A stretch of DNA of 32,000 bases from Candidatus Saccharimonadota bacterium (GCA_049511795.1 JBEKXS010000001.1:180001-212000), one strand, 5' to 3'. Counted from the first letter of the stretch, positions 9,126-18,739 are shown. Program-made: numbers and translations. Notes: generated by a model from the sequence alone, not told the origin.

Positions 9126-9197
9126 GGGCCTGTAGTCCAATGGTTAGAATACCTCGTTTGCACCGAGGAGTTCCGGGTTCGATTCCCGGCAGGTCCA
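9126..9197 (+). tRNA. tRNA-Ala (anticodon UGC) in the 16S-23S spacer
   Basis: The cloverleaf folds by hand: acceptor GGGCCUG/CAGGUCC, anticodon stem CCUCG/CGAGG with loop UUUGCAC, T-arm CCGGG-UUCGAUU-CCCGG. CCA is not encoded. This is the classic archaeal spacer tRNA. Confidence 0.9.
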
Positions 9198-9287
9198 TTC
9201 GATTAATTCGAACTGCTTTCTGAAACAGATTAGTTAACAAAAACAAAACATGAATTCCAATAAAAAAATTGGAAGGATAGAAACAAA

Positions 9288-9494
9288 ATGGGACTAATAG
9301 ATAAATTACTTGGAAGAGAAGGAAAGGCAAAAGTAGTAATTGTAACAAGTAAAGGACGAGATGTTAGATATGTTGACATGTCTAGATATGGAAGTAGTTA
9401 CCAATTACTTAAAGCTGAAATAGAAAGCAATCCTGATTCGAGAAAAATAAGTGTAAGATACCAAGGACAAACATTAGAAGTAGATTCCCATTAA
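9288..9494 (+). CDS. Hypothetical 68-aa ORF inside the tRNA-Ala/23S transcribed spacer
   Basis: ATG preceded by ggaagga. The composition is non-repetitive and mixed-charge (MGLIDKLLGREGKAKVVIVTSKGRDVRYVDMSRYG...). Coding status is unproven. Confidence 0.3.
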   Translation: MGLIDKLLGREGKAKVVIVTSKGRDVRYVDMSRYGSSYQLLKAEIESNPDSRKISVRYQGQTLEVDSH

Positions 9495-9573
9495 TCACGA
9501 ATCATATTCACTTTATGTGAAATGTGGTGAGCGACGAAAATCGCTTATCATTTTGAGTCATATTGACGATGAA

Positions 9574-9588
9574 ATAAGCAAGAAAGGT
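9574..9588 (+). other. 23S processing-stem 5-prime strand
   Basis: ataagcaagaaaggt is the exact reverse complement of 12540-12554 (acctttcttgcttat). Confidence 0.55.
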
Positions 9589-9619
9589 TTTCCTGATTTG
9601 ATTTAGAAGGAAAGAAAGA

Positions 9620-12440
<2,821 letters not shown>

Positions 12441-12539
12441 ATTGATTTTTTATTATGTAAATAAAATTGCAATCTTAAGAAGTCAATACAATTTTATGTC
12501 CAAAACAATTTCATTTCCCGATTTATTGATTCAGGTTTC

Positions 12540-12554
12540 ACCTTTCTTGCTTAT
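12540..12554 (+). other. 23S processing-stem 3-prime strand
   Basis: 15-nt perfect complement of 9574-9588. It lies about 100 nt past the mature 23S end. Confidence 0.5.
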
Positions 12555-12575
12555 TGAGGATTTTATGATTTTTTT
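12542..12575 (+). repeat. Direct repeat copy 1 (ctttcttgcttattgag-ga-ttttatgattttttt); includes an oligo-T run, a candidate terminator
   Basis: Repeated 70 nt downstream with 17 + 15 identical nt. It ends in a T7-8 run, the archaeal termination signal type. Confidence 0.7.
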
Positions 12576-12611
12576 TCTAGAAAAAGTTCTTATAATGTAT
12601 ATTGTGCGAAG

Positions 12612-12644
12612 CTTTCTTGCTTATTGAGCTTTTATGATTTTTTT
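12612..12644 (+). repeat. Direct repeat copy 2 (ctttcttgcttattgag-c-ttttatgattttttt)
   Basis: See copy 1. It differs only at the central GA/C and in the base preceding the repeat. Confidence 0.7.
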
Positions 12645-12661
12645 GGTTTCTTGTTAGAATT

Positions 12662-13519
12662 TTAAGAGAGTATACTTTCTCCTAATCTCTTTTTTGATAA
12701 TTCATTTATTAGATTTTTCAGAGAATTATAAAAATTCATTGTTAGAAAATAATAATTCTGATAAAATTCAATTATCTCTCCAGAGTATATCTCTTGGTTT
12801 AAGAAATCTAAATCTCTATAGTTTGTTTTAATTCTATACCAATAAAAAAATTCAAAAAGACTAATTTCACTGTTTTTAAAAAATCCTTCTTTCTTTTTTC
12901 TATCTATTTTTGTTTGAAAATGTTTTAATCCAGTGTATCTGCAGAAATCCTCAAATTTATATTTACACAGTTTTTTTAAAATACTATTAATGCGTGTTTG
13001 TTCATCAACAGATAATCTTAGTGTATCTCCTGATTTTGATATAAAATTGATTGCCTCTTCGCAACTTTCAACCATGTTAAAGCCAGCTTTACTAAATAAG
13101 ATGTCCTTATTTTTTAACATATTTCTAAAATTACTTATAGTTTTATGATGTGGAAAGTTAAGATTATTTTCATCGTTATTAAATAAAGCGCATGTAACCA
13201 ATAACAAATTAAAAATTAGATAATATGATTTAACTGGAATCCACATTGAACAAACTTTTGCGAAGTCTTTTTCTTTTAAGGCTTTTTTATACTCTTCTTC
13301 TAAACTTTCCTTAATAATTTTAATTAGATTAATTTTCTTAGCCAATGCCTTTTTAGAAAAATTAGATTTTGTAACAATATCTTTATTTAATTTAGCTGTT
13401 AGCTCTTCAGATAAATCTTTCATAAATGTAACATAATTTAGATGTGTTCTAAAATCTGGGGGTGTTGAAGGAGAAACCACTAAAGTCCAACCATCTTCAT
13501 TTTCAGGTATATCTACCAT
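12662..13519 (-). CDS. Uncharacterised 285-aa protein, predicted mostly alpha-helical; divergent partner of the nuclease-like ORF
   Basis: Long ORF in an AT-rich island, 61 nt head-to-head with 13581-14321. Features include a hydrophobic helix (SYYLIFNLLLVTCALF) and an aromatic/Arg-rich C-terminal segment (FEFFYWYRIKTNYRDLDF). No family is confidently recognised. Confidence 0.5.
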   Translation of the reverse strand: MVDIPENEDGWTLVVSPSTPPDFRTHLNYVTFMKDLSEELTAKLNKDIVTKSNFSKKALAKKINLIKIIKESLEEEYKKALKEKDFAKVCSMWIPVKSYYLIFNLLLVTCALFNNDENNLNFPHHKTISNFRNMLKNKDILFSKAGFNMVESCEEAINFISKSGDTLRLSVDEQTRINSILKKLCKYKFEDFCRYTGLKHFQTKIDRKKKEGFFKNSEISLFEFFYWYRIKTNYRDLDFLNQEIYSGEIIEFYQNYYFLTMNFYNSLKNLINELSKKRLGESILS

Positions 13520-13580
13520 AGAATTTAATGATTATAAACAGTTTAATAAGATTTTTATACTGATTGGAAGTCAAGAATTT

Positions 13581-14321
13581 ATGGATTTTAGAGAAGAGCA
13601 ATATGAAGAGTATAGGTATATTATAGCAAATTTAGATTATACTACAGATAAGATTTTACTAGATAGTGTTGAAAAAAAAGGCAAAGAAGATGCAGAAAAA
13701 CAGAACAAGAGTGATCCTTCTGGAGAGATTAGAGAAAAAGAGAAAATATTATACAATAATATTGCGGGAGTTTTAGCGGAAGAAATTGTCAAAGAGTATC
13801 TAAAAAAGCTTATAACAGATTATAAATTAAGTTCTAAAATAATTCCCACCCCTTTCGTGAACCATAAAACTCATCGGGATATAAAAATTGAAGTTAAAGG
13901 AGTAGAAAAAACAATAGAAGTAAGGTCTTCTTTTCAGATAAGCCCCAGATTAACAATAAAAGGTATTCTTACATGGGCTTTTAGACTTCTTGGAAGATAT
14001 ACCACTAAATACAAACCCAAAGAAGAAGAAAAAGATTTTTACATAACTGTGTTACATAGATACCGAAATGAAGAGATAATGAATAAAATAAAAAACAAAA
14101 TTGAAGCATATATAATTGGAGGAGCATCAAAAGAAATTTTCAATAAGATAGGCGAAGATGATAATAGTGGACTAAAGCAAGGAGAAGCATGTTATAGAGT
14201 AATTCGTCCAATAATTTCTGCTCCAAAAGATAGTATAGGTATTTTTAAAGAAATTTTAGAATTGGAAGATGAGTCTAAAAAAGTTTTAGTTAAGATGATA
14301 AAGCAAAAAACTCTTTTTTAA
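13581..14321 (+). CDS. Putative type II restriction endonuclease (PD-(D/E)xK-like core), 246 aa
   Basis: It overlaps the methyltransferase gene by 4 nt tail-to-tail. The helix AGVLAEEIVKEYL is followed by HRDIKIEVKGVEKTIEVRSS (E67/E68, D100, E104-V-K106 or E113-V-R115), which resembles a nuclease core. The function is inferred. Confidence 0.4.
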   Translation: MDFREEQYEEYRYIIANLDYTTDKILLDSVEKKGKEDAEKQNKSDPSGEIREKEKILYNNIAGVLAEEIVKEYLKKLITDYKLSSKIIPTPFVNHKTHRDIKIEVKGVEKTIEVRSSFQISPRLTIKGILTWAFRLLGRYTTKYKPKEEEKDFYITVLHRYRNEEIMNKIKNKIEAYIIGGASKEIFNKIGEDDNSGLKQGEACYRVIRPIISAPKDSIGIFKEILELEDESKKVLVKMIKQKTLF

Positions 14322-15310
14322 TTAACCATAACCATCCCCAATCTTTCAGAAAATAAATTATTATCTTTTATTATTTTTATCTCTCCAACTCTTTTTTTCA
14401 CTAATTCACAAGCACTTAATGATAAGTCCATCCCAATAAATCTTCTACCTTTCTTAAATGCTGAAGCTATTGTTGTACCGCAACCACAAAATGGATCAAG
14501 GACAATGTCCCCTTTCTTTGAAGACATCTCAATTATTCTATCTAATAATTTTTCATTCTTTTCTGTTGGGTATCCAAACTTAAACGAATATGCAGTAATG
14601 TCATCCCAACAATTATCTAAAATGGTTCGAGAACTCTTTGGAATTAAATATTCTGGCTTTCCAGTTTTAGAATTTGGTCTTAAAATTCCTTCTTTTATTG
14701 ATTTCATAGCCCTTTCTTTAGACCATCTCCAATGATTACCTTTTTTAGGTCTAAATCCAAATAATTCATAATCCATTCCTTTACGAGTTTCAGGTGCTTC
14801 AAAACTATGCCACCTTTCCGGCTTTTCTTCATCTTTTTTTGGAGAATTAATTAAATGTTTTTCTGATTTAGCATAAAAAAGGATTACATCATAACCTACA
14901 TTTAATTTTCTTACCATTTCTCTTTCATTAACATTTTTTTTAATCCTTTTTACAGATATTTCATTTCTAAAATTATCATAACCAAAAACATTATCTAAAA
15001 TAATTTTAATATAATGGCTAGCATGCCAATCACAATGGAGATATAAAGCACCATCTTTTTTTAGAACCCTGTATAATTCAATAACTCTTTCTTTTATAAA
15101 TTGGATATAATCTTGCAAATTTTCCCAGTTATTATCTGAAAATTCGTGCTTATTTCCTTCTTCTTTAAATCCTTTAGAATAATTTTTTCTGGTAAAAAAT
15201 GGGGGGTCTAAATAAATTAATTTTATGGAATCAGAGGGTATTGATTTAAGAGCATCTAGATTATCTCCATGATAGATAATACCCGAAGCAAGTTCCTCCT
15301 CTCTTTTCAC
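14318..15310 (-). CDS. Beta-class DNA methyltransferase (N6-adenine or N4-cytosine, N6_N4_Mtase family)
   Basis: Motif IV DPPF (LIYLDPPFF) near the N-terminus. The AdoMet motif I VLDPFCGCGTTIASA...GRRFIGMDL is near the C-terminus, a permuted order typical of the beta group. Confidence 0.9.
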   Translation of the reverse strand: MKREEELASGIIYHGDNLDALKSIPSDSIKLIYLDPPFFTRKNYSKGFKEEGNKHEFSDNNWENLQDYIQFIKERVIELYRVLKKDGALYLHCDWHASHYIKIILDNVFGYDNFRNEISVKRIKKNVNEREMVRKLNVGYDVILFYAKSEKHLINSPKKDEEKPERWHSFEAPETRKGMDYELFGFRPKKGNHWRWSKERAMKSIKEGILRPNSKTGKPEYLIPKSSRTILDNCWDDITAYSFKFGYPTEKNEKLLDRIIEMSSKKGDIVLDPFCGCGTTIASAFKKGRRFIGMDLSLSACELVKKRVGEIKIIKDNNLFSERLGMVMVN

Positions 15311-15442
15311 ATTATTAATATAATCTTGTTCTTTAAAATTCTTTCTTCTTATCTCAACCCCTCATACGTTTTCCCATTAAGAATTATTTAAGACTTACTT
15401 TTCACACAGAAAATTCTTCTTTAAACATTTTTTATTCAATAT

Positions 15443-15616
15443 CTAATCTTCCATTTTTAGAAGAACAATTGCTAAAATTAACATTAGTAACGGAAGAGTA
15501 AAAGCCAAAACTTTATTTTGACTGGCAGGCAGTATAAGGGGACTTAACTGAATGGTCGCTAGAACAATCGCAAATTCTGCTATTCCCTTACTTATGGCTT
15601 TATTCCATTTTACCAT
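15443..15616 (-). CDS. Possible 57-aa two-TM protein upstream of the methyltransferase (below the ORF-track cutoff)
   Basis: Hand translation gives MVKWNKAISKGIAEFAIVLATIQLSPLILPASQNKVLAFTLPLLMLILAIVLLKMED. It is on the same strand as the methylase. Support is only ORF shape and hydrophobicity. Confidence 0.25.
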   Translation of the reverse strand: MVKWNKAISKGIAEFAIVLATIQLSPLILPASQNKVLAFTLPLLMLILAIVLLKMED

Positions 15617-15691
15617 ATTTAATTTGAACTAAATAACTTCTTAATTCTTTCTGTAGAAAACTATAAAAATTGAATAATTGTTTGGTTTATT

Positions 15692-16570
15692 ATGGGTTTT
15701 TGGGATAAAGTAAAGGAAGTTGGAAAAACAGCTAGCAATGAAATTTCTTCATTTATTAATAATGTCCAAAAAAGAAACGCTAAATGGAAAGGATATAAAG
15801 AATTAAAATTGAAAATTGTTGGAAATTCTTCTTTAAGTGAATTAAAAGAAATCTGTCGTGAATATGGGATTAAAGAACCAAAATTATATTGGGTGGATTT
15901 TTATAGTGGAAAAAAGGAGACATTAGGAAATCCAAGAGATCTATTTCTTAATCAAATAATTAGGAAAATGCCTTTAGACAAGTTAATTGATTATGGACGA
16001 AAGAAAAGAATACCTGTAAATGAAATAATCAATGAAAAGAAGAAAATTGATGAAGAATTTGGACAAACTACAGAAAAGGGCATAAAAGAAGGAGATTTTG
16101 AATTAGAAATGGGAAAACAAGAAGAATCTGAAGATGAGTTTGAGTTGGTATTAAAGAGCATAGAAGGTTTTAATCCCGGAAATGTAAGAGATGAAAAAGA
16201 TTTAGAAATCCAATTAAAACAGTGGCTTATAGCAAAATTAGGAAGTTATAATATAGAAACCCAGTATAAAACAGAGAAAGGGGACCTTGATATAATGATT
16301 AACAAAAAATATGGAATAGAATTAAAACTTATAGAAAATAGGAAAACTCTAGAAAATTTATATGGTCAGGTTCTTAAATATATAAAAGTATTAGGAAAAG
16401 ATAATTTGGCAGTTATCCTCCTCGTAGCTGAGTATATTCATAACAATGACATAGAAGAAGCTATAAAAGATTATGAAAATCTTGGTGCAAGAGTCTATAT
16501 TTTAGAAAAAGGTAGGATAAAAAGAAATAGACCTATTACCAAAACTGCAACGATTTCTTGGCATAGATAA
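15692..16570 (+). CDS. Orphan nuclease: two HeH/SAP(Rho_N)-like motifs, an acidic linker and a C-terminal RecB/Cas4-style PD-(D/E)xK domain
   Basis: SLSELKEICREYGIK and LDKLIDYGRKKRI resemble HeH motifs. The C-terminus has E168/E172, GDLD200I, GIE210-L-K212 and GQ226VLKY230 (QxxxY), the restriction-endonuclease-fold motif order. Confidence 0.55.
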   Translation: MGFWDKVKEVGKTASNEISSFINNVQKRNAKWKGYKELKLKIVGNSSLSELKEICREYGIKEPKLYWVDFYSGKKETLGNPRDLFLNQIIRKMPLDKLIDYGRKKRIPVNEIINEKKKIDEEFGQTTEKGIKEGDFELEMGKQEESEDEFELVLKSIEGFNPGNVRDEKDLEIQLKQWLIAKLGSYNIETQYKTEKGDLDIMINKKYGIELKLIENRKTLENLYGQVLKYIKVLGKDNLAVILLVAEYIHNNDIEEAIKDYENLGARVYILEKGRIKRNRPITKTATISWHR

Positions 16571-16655
16571 ATTCTTAAGAATAAGATATTTTTTCTCCTT
16601 TTACCAATCTAAAAAGGTTCGTACAACACAGATTATAAGAACTTTTTCTTCAATT

Positions 16656-17486
16656 TTACTGCCTTATCTTCCCCTGTTGCCAATCCTTCAGAACTTGCTT
16701 TGCTGTTCTCATGTCATCTATTTCTCCATGCTTCTTCAGGAAGCGAAGCTTTTTTCCTAATTCTTCCAGAAGAATTTCGGAATCGCCACTTGCTTCAATA
16801 CCATAATGCTTTTCAAGAATTCCTGGATATTCTGCCATTATTCTATGAACAGCCAGCTGCGGGTCTCTTGCCCTGTCCCATGTTATTGCTCCTATCTGCG
16901 CATGCTTTGCCATTAATTCCCTGTTTGAATATGGCTTTTCATCAAGAGGAATTATTCCTGGCGTGTCAATAAGATAAATGCCTGAAGATATTTTCAGTTT
17001 CTGTATTCCGCGGGTGAAACCTGCCTCGCTGGAAGTCCTGGAAACATTTCTTCCGACAAGGAGATTGATAAGCGAGCTTTTTCCTGTGTTTGGATATCCT
17101 ATAATTCCTACGTCAACTTTCTCTGAATCTATTTTCTTTGCCTCTTTCTTTATCAAGTCCATGAGAACTCTCTGGCCATGCCTTTGGGTTGCAGAGAAAA
17201 AAACCATCGGCCTCATTCCTGAAAGCTCAACATTCTTTTCTATTTCCCTTGGATTGACAAGGTCTGCCTTGTTGAAAACATAGACCAATGGCTTTCCAAG
17301 CTTCTTCACTTTTTCCTCAATTTTCTGGTTTCTTGTCTTCTCTACAAATCTTGAATCCAAAATTTCCAGAATTATGTCTGCATTTTTTATGACAAGGTCT
17401 ATTATCTCAGCAACATGAATCCTGTGCTGGCTTGTGTGCATGCTTTTTCCACGCATAGGCTTTGCCTTGCCAAAACTGCTTTTCAT
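16656..17486 (-). CDS. Circularly permuted GTPase (YlqF/RbgA/YawG-type ribosome-biogenesis GTPase)
   Basis: The G4 motif NKADL precedes G1 GYPNTGKSSLIN and G3 DTPG, the permuted order diagnostic of this family. Confidence 0.8.
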   Translation of the reverse strand: MKSSFGKAKPMRGKSMHTSQHRIHVAEIIDLVIKNADIILEILDSRFVEKTRNQKIEEKVKKLGKPLVYVFNKADLVNPREIEKNVELSGMRPMVFFSATQRHGQRVLMDLIKKEAKKIDSEKVDVGIIGYPNTGKSSLINLLVGRNVSRTSSEAGFTRGIQKLKISSGIYLIDTPGIIPLDEKPYSNRELMAKHAQIGAITWDRARDPQLAVHRIMAEYPGILEKHYGIEASGDSEILLEELGKKLRFLKKHGEIDDMRTAKQVLKDWQQGKIRQ

Positions 17487-17550
17487 GATTGTTCAGAGAG
17501 AAGAAGATATTTAATAGTTTCCTAATTCACTGCAATAATCTTATAAAATT

Positions 17551-17850
17551 TTAGGATTTTTTGCTGAGAATATATTTAATTGAAGGGCTTATCTGTTTGT
17601 CTGTACGATGAATGCAACCTATCCAGCAGCAAGGCCTGCGCATTCCTTCTTTAAGCTCTGAGACAACTCTCTTTACATGCTCGTCCCTTGTTTTCTGCTG
17701 CTTGACATATGTTGTCCAGCAAATCCATTCATTGCGCGCCAAAGGCGTGAGGTCTTCCCATTTTTCCAGCGCTTTATTGTCTGAAAGTAGGGCTTTTTTT
17801 AGGTCTTCAGGCAATTTGTGGACAGTGCCTGATGATATTTTTTTTGCCAT
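17551..17850 (-). CDS. YdeI/OmpD-associated family protein (99 aa from the internal start)
   Basis: LPEDLKKAL..N..A...WEDLTPLARNEWICWTTYVKQQKTRDEHVKR matches the YdeI-type domain. The start MAKKISS at 17850 is preferred over 17931, which would overlap the upstream gene. Confidence 0.6.
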   Translation of the reverse strand: MAKKISSGTVHKLPEDLKKALLSDNKALEKWEDLTPLARNEWICWTTYVKQQKTRDEHVKRVVSELKEGMRRPCCWIGCIHRTDKQISPSIKYILSKKS

Positions 17851-17906
17851 GTTATTTATTATAAAGTTAGGGAAATGAAAAAGTGTCAAAATATTTAAAC
17901 GTTTCT

Positions 17907-18224
17907 TTAAGCTCTGTTCTCCAGGCCGCATTTTTTTCTATAATTTATTACAGGCCTAACTCTTGTGGCATATTCTTTAAGGACAGTTTCCCATTCGATA
18001 TCATTTCCTCCAATATTGGCAAAACTAATGTGAAGCAATACTCTTTTTCTGGCATTGCCATTTATTCCGTCATATCTTTCAACAAAAGAATAAGATTTTG
18101 ACTTGCCATATTCTATAAATTCAGTCAGCATAGATGCATCGCTTCCTTCAATATGGTCATACTTTCCATCTTTTATCATTACAGCCAGATGAATACCGCC
18201 TGAAAAACGAGGATGTATTTCCAT
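17907..18224 (-). CDS. Hypothetical 105-aa protein; the N-terminus resembles the ATP-grasp E-x-N-P-R-F-x-G-G motif
   Basis: ORF starts 8 nt after the upstream membrane ORF. MEIHPRFSGGIHL resembles the C-terminal catalytic motif of ATP-grasp enzymes, but no N-terminal ATP-grasp part is present. Confidence 0.3.
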   Translation of the reverse strand: MEIHPRFSGGIHLAVMIKDGKYDHIEGSDASMLTEFIEYGKSKSYSFVERYDGINGNARKRVLLHISFANIGGNDIEWETVLKEYATRVRPVINYRKKCGLENRA

Positions 18225-18232
18225 TTTATTTT

Positions 18233-18445
18233 TTATCCGCTTATATTTCCAATTGCGTTCTCGAATCCATCATTTACAGTTTTCTGAATATACGGCTGGA
18301 CATAATGGGGAATTATAAAAAATATTGTAACAAGAACAATTATTGTAAGAATTCCTGCAAAAATAATTACAACAAGAGACCAATCTACTTCCCTATTAGC
18401 ATAATAAGAAAGTCCTGCAACTTCATTTATTGGTGTTGATGCCAT
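18233..18445 (-). CDS. Small membrane protein (70 aa, one TM helix)
   Basis: Central hydrophobic helix WSLVVIIFAGILTIIVLVTIFFII. It starts 1 nt after the RHH gene ends. Confidence 0.4.
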   Translation of the reverse strand: MASTPINEVAGLSYYANREVDWSLVVIIFAGILTIIVLVTIFFIIPHYVQPYIQKTVNDGFENAIGNISG

Positions 18446-18446
18446 T

Positions 18447-18653
18447 TTAAATATAGCTTGGAACAGGCCTTGGCTCCTGCTCTTTTCTTGGCTCTGATTT
18501 AACTGGCTTTGGCTCTTTTTCCCCTAATTCCTTGAGCTTGTCCCTTATTGCTTCTCTGATAAACTCTGTCTTTGTCGTGTAATTATGCTTTTTCATGACT
18601 TTCTCTATTTCCTGGAGAAAGGCTTTTTCGAGCTTTAAGCTGATGGTTTCCAT
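18447..18653 (-). CDS. Ribbon-helix-helix (CopG/Arc/MetJ-type) DNA-binding protein
   Basis: METISLKLEKAFLQEIEKVMKKHNYTTKTEFIREAIRDKL is a typical RHH beta-alpha-alpha pattern. An alternative upstream start exists at 18674. Confidence 0.65.
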   Translation of the reverse strand: METISLKLEKAFLQEIEKVMKKHNYTTKTEFIREAIRDKLKELGEKEPKPVKSEPRKEQEPRPVPSYI

Positions 18654-18739
18654 GTTAATTCGCAGTAATATCAAGTAATACTAAGTAATATTTAAATGTA
18701 ACGCTATGAGGGTAGAGAATCCTGTTTTAAGATAAGATT

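Noticed and set aside
9103-9348. 81-aa minus-strand ORF.
   Set aside because: It runs antisense through tRNA-Ala and the spacer, has an implausible hydrophobic repetitive N-terminus, and is explained by the tRNA.
12442-12627. 61-aa plus-strand ORF just after the 23S.
   Set aside because: It lies in the rRNA trailer and spans the repeat and terminator elements. Its Ile/Phe/Leu-rich translation is typical of AT-rich non-coding DNA.
12542-12644. Two roughly 33-nt direct repeats 70 nt apart, considered as a mini CRISPR array.
   Set aside because: There are only two copies, they are imperfect, and there are no cas genes. Copy 1 is explained as the 23S processing-stem strand plus an oligo-T terminator.
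12441-12661. A 5S rRNA downstream of the 23S.
   Set aside because: The trailer is AT-rich with no 5S-like GC-rich helices. The 5S is presumably encoded elsewhere.
16571-16596. Perfect 12-nt palindrome attcttaagaat followed by a T6 run after the nuclease gene, considered as a regulatory or recognition site.
   Set aside because: It is most simply an intrinsic-type terminator hairpin plus oligo-T. A single occurrence gives no evidence for a protein-binding role.
17851-17931. Upstream start of the YdeI-like gene (MRPGEQSL...).
   Set aside because: It would overlap the preceding 105-aa ORF. The conserved domain begins right after the internal MAKKISS start.
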